Below, in pieces: positions 50,328-59,582 of a stretch of 64,000 bases of DNA. A program made the position numbers and the translations under genes. How positions within the stretch are numbered: position 1 is the stretch's first letter; each line of letters opens with the position of its first letter. Under the pieces are notes generated by a model. That model was not told where the DNA came from and made no database searches. It saw only the letters and a list, made by a program, of their open reading frames with translations. This stretch comes from an uncultured Acidimicrobiales bacterium (GTDB lineage Bacteria > Actinomycetota > Acidimicrobiia > Acidimicrobiales > RAAP-2), in NCBI GenBank assembly GCA_963824645.1, contig CAWGQC010000002.1, positions 6,628 through 70,627 on the forward strand. Reading direction: 5' to 3'.

Positions 50328-51441
50328 CTATTCGTAGAGGAGGACGCCCCGGATGTTCTTCCCACCCAGCATGTCGGCATACCCCTGGTTGATGTCTTCG
50401 AGCTTGTAGTTCTGAGTCACCATCCCGTCCAGGTCGAGCTGGCCCTGCTCGTACAGACGCAAGAGGTGGGGGATGTCGTAGCGCATGTTGGCCGACCCGA
50501 AGATGGTTCCCACCACCTGCTTCTCCAACAGGGTCAGCCAGGTAAGAGAAAGTGTGATCTCGGTTTCGGCCATCGGATGGATGTTGGTCACGACCACCCG
50601 ACCCCGCTTGGCTACCAGCTGCATGATGTCTTCCATCATCCGGCCGTCGCCGACGCCCATGGCACAGATGACCTTGTCGGCATTCTTGCCCCAGGTCACC
50701 TCGTTGATGAGGCCAGCGGCCTCCTCAATGCTGGCGGCGGTGTGGGTGGCACCGAAGGTCGTGGCCATCTCCCTCTTGAACGGAACCGGGTCGATGGCGA
50801 AAATACGCTCCGCCCCGGCCAGCCGGGCCCCTTGGACAGCCGACGCACCGATCCCACCGATGCCGATGACGACGACATCATCGCCGGGCCGCACGTCGGC
50901 GGCGTAGACGGCGGAGCCCCATCCGGTGGTGACCCCGCAGCCCACCAGGCAGGCCTTGTCCAACGGATAGTGATCGAGGATCTTCACGCACGAGGCCTTG
51001 TTGACCACAGTGTGCTTGGCGAAGGTGCCCAGACAGACCATGGTGCCCAGGTCTGTGCCGTCCGAGGCGTGGTGACGATGTGTTCCGTCGGCCTGGGCCC
51101 CCATCATGAGGCTGGCCCCGACGTCGCACAGATTGGAGTGGCCCCGGGCGCAGGACGGGCACTTGCCGCAGGCGGGAACGAAGCCGAATACGACGTGATC
51201 ACCCGGTGCCAGGTCCTCGACACCGGGTCCGACCTCCTCGACCACGCCGGCCCCTTCGTGTCCCCCGATGACGGGGTACAGGCCACCCAGGTCGCCGGTG
51301 CGCAGATGCTCGTCGCTGTGACACATGCCCGAAGCGGCGATGCGGACCAGGACCTCGTCGTTCTTGGGTGGGTCGAGCTGAATCGTCTCGACCTTCCAAT
51401 CTGTCGCCCATTCCCCACAGGATCGCTGCTTCGGTTTCCAT
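50328..51441 (-). pseudogene. Zn-dependent alcohol dehydrogenase (NDMA-dependent/class-III-like), frame broken by one extra nucleotide near 51396-51400
   Basis: METEAAILWGMGDR starts at ATG 51441 (GGGGAGGG RBS). The remainder WKVETIQLDPPKNDEVLVRIAASGMCHSDEH…GHEGAGVVEEVG…CGKCPSCARG…VIGIGGIGASAVQGA… is in the adjacent frame. The junction reads gacagaTTggaagg. Removing 1 nt gives 370 aa. Confidence 0.75.
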
Positions 51442-51592
51442 GGCCCTCCCCTTCGCACTCGCTCTCCTGGTCAGTGTAGGGCCCGGTGGGGCGGGCGCGA
51501 GTGGCACGGTGGGGTGGGCCTTGACCTGACCACTGCAGGGCGGCCCGAACCCCGTTAGCGTCTCGCCGTCCGACTGGAGCGAGGAGAGCACT

Positions 51593-52135
51593 ATGGACGT
51601 GCGACGAGTTGTGACCGGCCACGACCAGGCCGGAAGAGCGGTCTTCATCGAAGACCAGAGCGTTGTGCCGGTGACGCTGGCGCTACTTCCGGGGATGGAA
51701 TTCCACCGTCTGTGGGGTGCCGATGCTCCGAGTCACTTCCCCGACGACGGGACGAGGCCCGCAGCCGTCACCTACTTCCCACCGGTGGGCGGATTCCGCT
51801 TCGGCCTGTTCACCGTTCCCCCCGATGACGGGGTCGGCGCCCCGGATGACCTGGATATCGGACCGGCTCTCGTCGAGCTGGAGGAAAAGCTCCCGGGATT
51901 GGCCCGCTATGTGGAGCCGGAAAACCCGGGCATGCACACCACGGCCACCGTCGACTACGGGATCCTCCTGTCCGGCCAGGCGATCCTCGAACTCGATGAC
52001 GGGGCCACGGTCGTGCTCAACCCCGGTGACACCTACATTCAGAACGGAACCCGGCACCGCTGGTCGAACAGGGGTGCCGTCCCGGCCGTCTTCGCCGTGA
52101 CCCTCATCGGGGCCCACCACGACACAGTGGACTGA
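51593..52135 (+). CDS. Cupin-domain protein
   Basis: 180 aa. C-terminal GMHTTATVDYGILLSGQAILELDDGATVVLNPGDTYIQNGTRHRWSN is a cupin barrel pattern. Confidence 0.7.
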   Translation: MDVRRVVTGHDQAGRAVFIEDQSVVPVTLALLPGMEFHRLWGADAPSHFPDDGTRPAAVTYFPPVGGFRFGLFTVPPDDGVGAPDDLDIGPALVELEEKLPGLARYVEPENPGMHTTATVDYGILLSGQAILELDDGATVVLNPGDTYIQNGTRHRWSNRGAVPAVFAVTLIGAHHDTVD

Positions 52136-52182
52136 CCGGCCCGGTCTGACCGGTGCGGTCCGGCCCGGACTGCACTACCTGC

Positions 52183-52965
52183 TCAACCCCCGGAGAACCG
52201 GGGAGGGCGGCGCTCGGCCACAGCCCGGACTCCCTCGGCAAAGTCCTCGGTCAGACGTAGGCGATCCTGCTCCTGGCGCTCGTGGAGGGTGGCGGCCCGA
52301 AAGGAGTCGGCCAAGCCGGCGCGCATGGTCTGGCGGATGGAGCGGACGGCGAGCGGTGCCGAGGCGGCGATCTCAGCAGCCAGATCGTGAGCCGCCGACC
52401 GCACCTCGCCTCGTTCGACCATCCGGTCGCACAGACCCACCCGTGTGGCCTCCTCGCCGGCGATGCGCCGGCCGGTCAACAACAGCTCGCTGGCCGACTG
52501 TGGGCCCACGATGGCGGGAAGAGTGACAGTCAATCCGAATCCGTGGTGGAACCCCAGTCGGGCGAAGTTGGCGGCGAAACGGGCCTCGGGACAACCCACC
52601 CGGAAGTCGGCCGTACAGGCCAGACCGAGACCGCCGCCCACGGCCGCCCCCTGCACGGCGGCTACGACCGGCGTGAGACTCTCCATCAGGCGAGCGGCCT
52701 CCTGGTAGAGCCGCCCTACCCCTTCTTCGCCACTGGCCAGCGGCCCTGCCCCCGAAGCCCGGGCGAAGTCGGCACCGGCACAGAAGTTCTTTCCCTCCGA
52801 GCAGAGCACGATGGCCCGGCAGCGCCGTTCGCCGTCCAGTTCACCGTAGGTATCGGCCAGCCGGGCGATGAGATCGATGTCGAAGTAGTTGTCGGGCGGC
52901 CGATGAATCTCGACCGTGGCCACGCCGTCGTCACCGACGCTGGCTGTCACGTCGGCAGAACTCAC
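52183..52965 (-). CDS. Enoyl-CoA hydratase/isomerase (crotonase) family protein
   Basis: VATVEIHRPPDNYF…VLCSEGKNFCAGADF…AAVQGAAVGGGLGLACTADFRV…FARLGFHHGFGLT. GTG 52965 chosen as start. Confidence 0.85.
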   Translation of the reverse strand: MSSADVTASVGDDGVATVEIHRPPDNYFDIDLIARLADTYGELDGERRCRAIVLCSEGKNFCAGADFARASGAGPLASGEEGVGRLYQEAARLMESLTPVVAAVQGAAVGGGLGLACTADFRVGCPEARFAANFARLGFHHGFGLTVTLPAIVGPQSASELLLTGRRIAGEEATRVGLCDRMVERGEVRSAAHDLAAEIAASAPLAVRSIRQTMRAGLADSFRAATLHERQEQDRLRLTEDFAEGVRAVAERRPPRFSGG

Positions 52966-53023
52966 CGGGGCAATGATACGGCGCTGACCGGCGCTCCCGT
53001 CGTGCCACCCTAGGGGCGGGCGG

Positions 53024-53785
53024 TCACGCTCCCGGATCCGAGTCGGCGGGTACGGCATCAGCCGGGACGTCCATGGTCTGGTTCCGTGTCAGGAGCCCGT
53101 AGACCATGGCGGCGATGAAGCCGCCGACCAACGGTGCCACGATGAACAACCACAGTTGGCTGAGCGCCTGACCGCCCACCACCAGGGCCGGCCCGATGCT
53201 GCGGGCCGGGTTGACCGAGGTACCGGTGAGCGCAATCCCGATGAGGTGGCAGAAAACGAGGGCCATACCGATGGCCAGCCCGGCCATCGACTCGCGGGCC
53301 ACCTTCGAGGTGGCGAACAGAATCACCATGACGAAGATGAAGGTGAGAATGGTCTCGACGGCGAACGCTCCGCCGGCATCGAGCCTGATCCTCGAGGCCG
53401 ACCCGTATCCATCGGCTCCGAGGCCCTGGACGCTCTTCGAATAGATGGGCGATCCCTTAAAGACGGCGTAGAGACCGTAGGCACCGGCGATTCCCCCGGC
53501 CACCTGGGCCACCCAGTAACCAACGGCTTCGGTGACAGCCATCCGGCCGGAGACCACGAAACCGAGCGAGACGGCCGGATTCACATGACAGCCGGAGATG
53601 GGCCCGATGGCATAGACCAGCGCCATGAGCACCAGCCCGAAGGCCAAAGCGGTGGTCACGATACCGGCGGCATAACTGGTCCCGAACAACTTGAAACCAA
53701 AGCACAGCGTCGCCGTTCCCACGGCCACGAACACGAGAATGGCGGTACCGATAAATTCCGCCACCAGCTTACGGACATCGAGCAC
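53024..53785 (-). CDS. Aquaporin / MIP-family channel
   Basis: Two NPA boxes (SGCHVNPAVSL and GTSVNPARSIG) and six TM helices. GTG 53785 has a GGGAGGG RBS. Upstream in-frame ATGs (53821 and 53839) are possible. Confidence 0.88.
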   Translation of the reverse strand: MLDVRKLVAEFIGTAILVFVAVGTATLCFGFKLFGTSYAAGIVTTALAFGLVLMALVYAIGPISGCHVNPAVSLGFVVSGRMAVTEAVGYWVAQVAGGIAGAYGLYAVFKGSPIYSKSVQGLGADGYGSASRIRLDAGGAFAVETILTFIFVMVILFATSKVARESMAGLAIGMALVFCHLIGIALTGTSVNPARSIGPALVVGGQALSQLWLFIVAPLVGGFIAAMVYGLLTRNQTMDVPADAVPADSDPGA

Positions 53786-53922
53786 AAGAAATCCCTCCCT
53801 ACCGTCCTCACCCCCTGGCATGGACCTTCCCATCATCATCTGCCGTCACGTGGAGGCGGTGGATCCCTGAGCTCGGTGACTCAGCGGAGTGAACCGAGCG
53901 TCCGTTTGGCTGCGCCGTTAGC

Positions 53923-55068
53923 ATGGCTTCGGTGGTTGTCGTCATCGACTCGGATCAGCATCTCTACGAAAGTCGCGGTCTGTGGACCGAGTACATCGAC
54001 CCGTCCCTCCGCGGCGAGGCCTTGGCCATCGTCGACGATGAGCGGGGATACCCCTGGCTCACCTGGCGCGGCGGACGCCTCGATCTGGCCGACGTGCAGA
54101 TCCCCGGCGACACCAGGGCTATCGGAAGGAACCGCCAACGGTGCCGGCAGGACCTTCCTCCCGAGTACAGCTACGACGAAGCTCTTCCGTCCGAGTACTG
54201 GGAACCTGCCTCACGGGCGCAACAGCTGACCCGAATGGGACTCGACGAGGCGGTTCTCTTCCCCAATTTCGGGCTCTTGTGGGAACGCCGCCTATCCGAC
54301 TCGCCCATCGCCCTCATGGCCAATATGGCCGCGTGGAACAGGTGGTGCGCCACCGTGTCCGAAGAAGGAGGGGGTCGGCTCCATCCGGTAGCCCACCTCA
54401 CGCTGCGTGACCCCGCATGGCTCGAGGCCCAGCTCACCCTCCTGGCGGCGGCCGACGTGCGACTCGGCATGATCGCCCCAGCGGCGGTGGACGGCCGGCC
54501 ACTGTCCCATCCGGACCACGATCGGATGTGGGCGGCCTTCGTCCACCACGGCGTCACCCCGGTGTTCCACGTTGCCGACCAGCCACGGATCCTCGATGAG
54601 GCCTTCTATCCGGGGCCCGACGAGTCCTTTGTCCCCGCCCTCGAATCGGTCTTCTTGTGGGTCCCCCCGGCCATCGCCGTGACCGATCTGATCCTGAACG
54701 GCGCCTTCGACCGCCACCCGAACCTCCGCATCGGGATCGTCGAGCTCTCGTCGGTCTGGGTCCCCCAGTATCTGATGATGCTGGACGGTGGATGGGATTT
54801 CACGTCAGTTCTCAATGGTGCTGCACCGGCCGAACTGACCATGCGGCCCAGCGAGTACTTCACACACCATGTCCGCGTGTCGTCGTTCTCCTACGAGCAA
54901 CCGGAACGGCTCATGGCCAAGTCGGGCGATCTGTTCATGTGCTGCAGTGACTACCCCCATTCGGAGGGTACGGCTACGCCGGTCGAGGACTATGCCCGGA
55001 TCGGCGGGTCGCCGGACGGCACTCCCGGCCTCTTCGGCGACAACATCGCCAGCCTGCTCGGCCGGTAG
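53923..55068 (+). CDS. Amidohydrolase-2 (ACMSD-like metal-dependent hydrolase) family protein
   Basis: VIDSDQHLYE at the N-terminus, …FHVAD…, …CCSDYPHSEG… near the C-terminus. 381 aa. Confidence 0.7.
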   Translation: MASVVVVIDSDQHLYESRGLWTEYIDPSLRGEALAIVDDERGYPWLTWRGGRLDLADVQIPGDTRAIGRNRQRCRQDLPPEYSYDEALPSEYWEPASRAQQLTRMGLDEAVLFPNFGLLWERRLSDSPIALMANMAAWNRWCATVSEEGGGRLHPVAHLTLRDPAWLEAQLTLLAAADVRLGMIAPAAVDGRPLSHPDHDRMWAAFVHHGVTPVFHVADQPRILDEAFYPGPDESFVPALESVFLWVPPAIAVTDLILNGAFDRHPNLRIGIVELSSVWVPQYLMMLDGGWDFTSVLNGAAPAELTMRPSEYFTHHVRVSSFSYEQPERLMAKSGDLFMCCSDYPHSEGTATPVEDYARIGGSPDGTPGLFGDNIASLLGR

Positions 55069-55091
55069 ACCCCGGCCATGCTGGCCGCTCC

Positions 55092-56168
55092 GTGCTGCCG
55101 GCCACCGGAGGTCGTTGGCTAGGGTCTACCGCCGTGCGGCGTGCGTCCTACCGAGCCCTGCTCGCAGCCGGGGTGGTGGTCGTGGCCGCTGGCTGCGGAT
55201 CGGGCTCGGTAACTCCGCCCCCCTCGTCAACCCACAGCTCGACCAGCACATCACCAGCCCGGACCTCGACGACCTCGACGCCCGCCTCCACTGGGGCGCT
55301 CTCGCTTCATTTCTCCGCCCCCCACCCGGTTGTTCCGGGGTCCCAGCTGGTAGCGGTGTCCTGTGGCGGCGCCTCGTCCTGCGTAGCTTTCGACAACATG
55401 GGACACGCTTACCACTTCGACGGAGTGAGCTGGAGCGGTCCGGTGCCAGCCTCAGCTCAAGCCATCGGGGCGGGTGCCATCTCGGTCTCGTGCGCCAGTC
55501 CCAGCTTCTGTGTCGCCGTGCCCACGGGGGGCGATCAGGTCATCACCTTTGACGGACAGAGCTGGTCCGCCCCGGTCTCGTTGGCCGGCGCCAACAGTCT
55601 CGAGGCGGTGGGGTGTGCGCCTTCCGCCTACTGCGCGGCCGTCGACGCCGAGGGGAACGCCTTTTCCCTGAGCGGTACAACGTGGACACGGACCAGCGGA
55701 GACTGGGGATCGGTTTCGGCCATTTCGTGTGTCTCCTCGGTACTCTGCATGTCGGTATCGGGCGGGCTCTCGCAGTGGGACGGTTCGAGCTGGACGATGC
55801 CCGATCCCAGCGGAAGCAGCGCCCCGTTCACAGACGTCTCGTGTGCGACCGCGTCGTTCTGTGCGGCGATCAATGGTGGAGGTGAGGCTCTCTACTGGAA
55901 TGGTGCGGCCTGGTCGGCCCCGGTACGGATCGAACCAGGCCCGGCGCCCACCACGACCATCGGGGTCTCCCCCACCGGAGTCTCGTGCCCCACGGCCTCC
56001 TTCTGCGTCGCCGTCGATGGCTCGGGAGGCGTCATCGAATGGAGCAACGGCACCTGGTCACGCACCGATGTCGACGGTTCCCACCCGCTGGCCTCGGTCT
56101 CGTGCCCCACGGCCACCTTCTGTGTCGCCGTGGACCACTCGGGCAGCGCCATCGTCGGAAAGCCCTAG
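55092..56168 (+). CDS. Lipoprotein with seven Cys-pair repeats of about 38 aa (propeller-like)
   Basis: Lipobox VVVVAAGC, a Ser/Thr/Pro linker, then seven repeats of the form VSC(P/A)(T/S)xSFC(V/A)AVDxxGxxxxWxGxxWSxP. Confidence 0.75.
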   Translation: MLPATGGRWLGSTAVRRASYRALLAAGVVVVAAGCGSGSVTPPPSSTHSSTSTSPARTSTTSTPASTGALSLHFSAPHPVVPGSQLVAVSCGGASSCVAFDNMGHAYHFDGVSWSGPVPASAQAIGAGAISVSCASPSFCVAVPTGGDQVITFDGQSWSAPVSLAGANSLEAVGCAPSAYCAAVDAEGNAFSLSGTTWTRTSGDWGSVSAISCVSSVLCMSVSGGLSQWDGSSWTMPDPSGSSAPFTDVSCATASFCAAINGGGEALYWNGAAWSAPVRIEPGPAPTTTIGVSPTGVSCPTASFCVAVDGSGGVIEWSNGTWSRTDVDGSHPLASVSCPTATFCVAVDHSGSAIVGKP

Positions 56169-56214
56169 ATCGGTCAGGCCCCTGTCCGGTCGGAACGGTA
56201 GCGCTAAGACCTCT

Positions 56215-56550
56215 TCAGGGAAGGGGCAGGAGGCTGACCAGAAGCCCTGCCGCGGCGAGAAGCAGGGTGCCGATGGTCAGGATCCGGCCGTTGGCTGTAC
56301 TCAGGAGGCCGTTGGAACCCGGTTCGCGCTGGGACCGGGCACTCAAGAACATGCCGAGCGCCCACACGGTGGCGCCGACCGCCACGATGATCAGGACCGC
56401 CGCCGCACCGCCGCCGCTCAGCTGCGTCAGTCTCCGCACCAGGATGGCCACAACGGCCAGAACGGCCAGACCCGAGCGGTTCCAGGCCAGGGCAGTCCGC
56501 TCGCTGGCCAGACCAGGGTCGCGGGTTGGTCCCTCTTCGTCGCGATCCAT
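56215..56550 (-). CDS. DUF202 (YidH-like) membrane protein
   Basis: LASERTALAWNRSGLAVLAV followed by further TM helices. Second gene of a DUF202 pair. Confidence 0.7.
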   Translation of the reverse strand: MDRDEEGPTRDPGLASERTALAWNRSGLAVLAVVAILVRRLTQLSGGGAAAVLIIVAVGATVWALGMFLSARSQREPGSNGLLSTANGRILTIGTLLLAAAGLLVSLLPLP

Positions 56551-56563
56551 TCCTGCCCCTGCT

Positions 56564-56920
56564 CTAGCCCGAGCCCGTAACGGCCAGTACGACGGCAATG
56601 AGGGCAATCACACTGATACCGATCGACAGCACCAGTGGCATGGGCGAACGCGGCAGTGGCTCGTCGTGACGCATAGCCCGCTCGTTGGCCTGCCAATGGA
56701 GGAAACTGGTCAGTGCCACTACGGCGCCGAGGGCGATCAGGGGGAGGCCCAGGATGCGGCGGCCCCCGTTGAAGCCGAACTCGGGAAGGAGTTGGGTAGC
56801 GGCCACACCCGTGGCAATGAGGGCCAGAGCCGTTCGATTCCAGGCGAGGAACGTCCGCTCGTTGGCGTAGCTGAACCGGACATCCGGCTCGTGATCCTGA
56901 TGGTTTTCGTTCTCGGTCAT
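56564..56920 (-). CDS. DUF202 (YidH-like) membrane protein
   Basis: FSYANERTFLAWNRTALALIATG motif plus two more TM helices. Confidence 0.75.
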   Translation of the reverse strand: MTENENHQDHEPDVRFSYANERTFLAWNRTALALIATGVAATQLLPEFGFNGGRRILGLPLIALGAVVALTSFLHWQANERAMRHDEPLPRSPMPLVLSIGISVIALIAVVLAVTGSG

Positions 56921-57033
56921 AACCGGGTCTGCGCAGCAGCCTACCGAGGGTGTCGCCCCTGGTCGGGCTTCTGGACGGCCGGCGTCGGTGTGGTGGGTCA
57001 GCGGTCAACGGATTCTTTTGGCACCATGGGCGA

Positions 57034-57366
57034 ATGCTGGTTGCTTTCTCCATTACGCCCCTGGGCGTGGGTGATTCGGTGGGCGGATCGGTCGCCGAGG
57101 CGGTGGCCCTGGTGCGTCAGAGCGGCCTTCCCAATCAGACCAACGCCATGTTCACCAATGTCGAAGGCGAGTGGGACGAAGTCATGGACCTCATTCGGGC
57201 CTGCATGGAGAAGATGTCCGAGTCGGCGCCGCGCCTCAGCGTCGTCATCAAGATCGACCACCGACCCGGTATCGGCGACGCCTTGACGACCAAAATGGCC
57301 AGCATCGAAAGCCACCTGGGTGCGGATCGCGCCGAGCCACGCTCGGCTCCCGATCCGGGCCGATGA
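57034..57366 (+). CDS. MTH1187/YkoF-family (DUF77) small protein
   Basis: MLVAFSITPLGVGDSVGGSVAEAVALVRQSGLPNQTNAMFTNVEGEWDEVMDLI is typical of this family. Confidence 0.75.
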   Translation: MLVAFSITPLGVGDSVGGSVAEAVALVRQSGLPNQTNAMFTNVEGEWDEVMDLIRACMEKMSESAPRLSVVIKIDHRPGIGDALTTKMASIESHLGADRAEPRSAPDPGR

Positions 57367-57474
57367 CGGGCCGCCTGAAACCGCCCGCCGAACCCTTGAA
57401 TGCGGAGCGGGGTGGGCGTACCGTGGCCACCAGGCCGGTCCGGGGAAAAAGGGCCGGCGGATCAGGAGGGCGGA

Positions 57475-57975
57475 ATGATGCCCAAACTCCGAAACGGAGC
57501 CGTCGTCACCGTGGCGGCGTTGGCCGTCTCCCTACTCACGCTCGGTCCCGCCGGCACCGTCGGTGCGACGAGTGCGGCGTCGGTGTCGGCGGCGTCGGCG
57601 GCGTCGGCGGCGTCGGCGGCGTCGAAACCCAAGGCGACACCGGTGGCCGTCACGATCGTCCTGACCAACTCGAGCAATGGGTCGACGGTGCTCGCCACCA
57701 AAGGCGAGTTGGTCGTGGTGAAACTGACCGGTGGGCCGCTGCAATGGAGCCAGGCGCAGGCCGTCGAATCGAGCCCGGTACTCGTCCGGCTGTCCGGAGG
57801 CACCACACCCACCGGATCGTCGATGACGACGTTCGAAGTGGAGAACGACGGTACGGCCAGCGTCCAGGCCACCGGCGCCCCGATCTGCGCCATCGCCACG
57901 GCCTGTCCCCAGTACGTCCTCTTGTGGCGGGCCACCGTGGTGGTTCCCCAGCAGGACCCGCCCCACACCGCTTGA
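57475..57975 (+). CDS. Secreted hypothetical protein (predicted beta-sandwich) with an (SAA)n linker
   Basis: GGAGGG RBS, signal peptide MMPKLRNGAVVTVAALAVSLLTLGPAGTVGA, a 9-bp tandem repeat gcggcgtcg (57574-57624) encoding SAASAASAASAAS, then a beta-rich domain of about 110 aa with two Cys. Confidence 0.6.
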   Translation: MMPKLRNGAVVTVAALAVSLLTLGPAGTVGATSAASVSAASAASAASAASKPKATPVAVTIVLTNSSNGSTVLATKGELVVVKLTGGPLQWSQAQAVESSPVLVRLSGGTTPTGSSMTTFEVENDGTASVQATGAPICAIATACPQYVLLWRATVVVPQQDPPHTA

Positions 57976-58045
57976 ACCGCCCCCCCGGCAATCCTGATCA
58001 AGGGGCCGGTGGGGGAAGGGGCCGGCACGGACGGCCCTACGGCCG

Positions 58046-59071
58046 GTGAAGGTCGACCTCATGACCGGCGGACTCCCTATCCGGAGGGTGCAGGAGCTGG
58101 CCCGCGACGCAGAAAAGGCGGGATTCAGCGGCCTGGTCATCACCGAGGCAGGTCGTACCGCCTACCTGAGTTGCGCCGCCGCTGCCCTGGCCGCAGACAT
58201 CGACGTGCTCACCGGCATCGCCGTGGCCTTCCCCCGCAGCCCGATGGTCACCGCCTCGGTCGCCTGGGAGCTGGCCGAGGCGACCCACGGGAGGTTCCGT
58301 CTCGGGCTCGGCACCCAGGTGCGGGCCCACATCGAACGACGTTACGGCAGTCCATTCGACAATCCCGGTACCCGGTTGCAGGACTACGTCGCCGCCCTCC
58401 GAGCCGTCTTTGCCGCCTTCCGCGGTGAGCGCCCCCTCGACTATCACAGCCGGTACTGGGACCTGTCCCTCCTCCCCGACATCTGGTCTCCGGGACCCAT
58501 CGGAGTCCCCGACCCCCCCATCGACGTGGCCGCCGTCAATCCCTGGATGCTGGAGATGGCGGCCGCCCATGCCGACGGCGTCCACGTACACCCCCTGAAC
58601 ACGCCCACCTATCTGGGCGAGACGGTGATCCCCCACTTGGACGCCGGCTCGTTGCGGGCGGGTCGGTCGCGGGAGAACCTCGAACTGATCGTGCCCGCCT
58701 TCGCCGCACCCGGGTCGACCCGGGTCGAAATCGACGGATGGCGTGACGCCGCCCGGATGCAGGTGGCGTTCTACGGATCGACCCCCAACTACGCCTTCAT
58801 CTTCGCCCAGTTGGGCCGCCCCGACACGACGGAGCGGATTCGCCATCGACTGAAGGCCGGCGACCCCACCGGCATGGCCGCTCTGATCGACGACGATCTG
58901 CTCGATCACTTCTGCGTGAGCGGCGACTGGGACACTGTCTTCCAGGGCCTGGCCGACCGCTACAGGGGGACCGCCTCACGTCTGGTGCTCTACTTTGCCG
59001 GCACCGCCTGGGCCCGTGATCCGGGGTCGATCGGTCGGTGGGGCGAACTGGCCCGGGCACTGCAGGGGTAG
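58046..59071 (+). CDS. Luciferase-like (LLM class) oxidoreductase, probably F420-dependent
   Basis: AEKAGFSGLVITEAGRTAY…FRLGLGTQVRAHIERRYG…AAVNPWMLEMAAAHADGVHVHP… is the TIM-barrel LLM pattern. Start is GTG 58046 or ATG 58061. Confidence 0.8.
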   Translation: MKVDLMTGGLPIRRVQELARDAEKAGFSGLVITEAGRTAYLSCAAAALAADIDVLTGIAVAFPRSPMVTASVAWELAEATHGRFRLGLGTQVRAHIERRYGSPFDNPGTRLQDYVAALRAVFAAFRGERPLDYHSRYWDLSLLPDIWSPGPIGVPDPPIDVAAVNPWMLEMAAAHADGVHVHPLNTPTYLGETVIPHLDAGSLRAGRSRENLELIVPAFAAPGSTRVEIDGWRDAARMQVAFYGSTPNYAFIFAQLGRPDTTERIRHRLKAGDPTGMAALIDDDLLDHFCVSGDWDTVFQGLADRYRGTASRLVLYFAGTAWARDPGSIGRWGELARALQG

Positions 59072-59186
59072 CGGCCTGGGGGCCGGGCCCGACCGGCTGC
59101 GGTCCCGTCGAGCGGGAAATGCGTCGACCCCTCACAATGGCCAATGGCCCGGCATCACCAACAGGTTCGATCCCCCGCCAGAGGCT

Positions 59187-59230
59187 CCCAGCGTGCTCTG
59201 ACCAAGTTTCGTGGTCAGAGCACGCTCGGG
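59187..59230 (+). terminator. Strong GC-rich hairpin downstream of the LLM gene
   Basis: CCCAGCGTGCTCTGACCA-agtttcg-TGGTCAGAGCACGCTCGGG (one bulged C), 116 nt after the stop. No U tract. Confidence 0.5.
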
Positions 59231-59352
59231 ATCCGCCGCCTCTTATCTCCATCATGCACCGGAAACAGCGGCCGTAGCAACTCTAAGTTGCACAATGACC
59301 ACGGCCTCGACGATCACGGGAAAACTCCCAGTTCAAGAGGGGTGCGACCGCC

Positions 59353-59582
59353 CGCAATTTCCTGGCAGGGAGGCTGCCCGATTACCCATGGTCCCGTCTG
59401 GGGGGTAAAATATCCGGGTCTGAAGCTCACGGATACCGATTGACCGGTTCAGGCCAACAGTACCGATGCCCGGCCTCCGGCTGATGGTCATCGAGGATCC
59501 AGACCTACCACGCAGGAGAGACCGCAGAGTCGTCACCCCTTACCGGACATAACACCCGCTAGCACACCCGGCTCTCGTAGCC
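59353..59582 (+). ncRNA. Candidate c-di-AMP (ydaO/yuaA-class) riboswitch in the leader of the Rpf-domain gene
   Basis: Five blocks appear in the canonical order. They resemble the conserved ydaO segments as I recall them from the B. subtilis and T. tengcongensis examples: CGCAAUUUCC; CAGGGAGGCUGCCCG; GGGGGGUAAAAUAUCC; UGAAGCUCACGGAUACC; ACACCCGCUAGCACACC…CUCGUAGCC. A roughly 110-nt insert lies between blocks 4 and 5. I could not draw a convincing P1. Confidence 0.4.
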
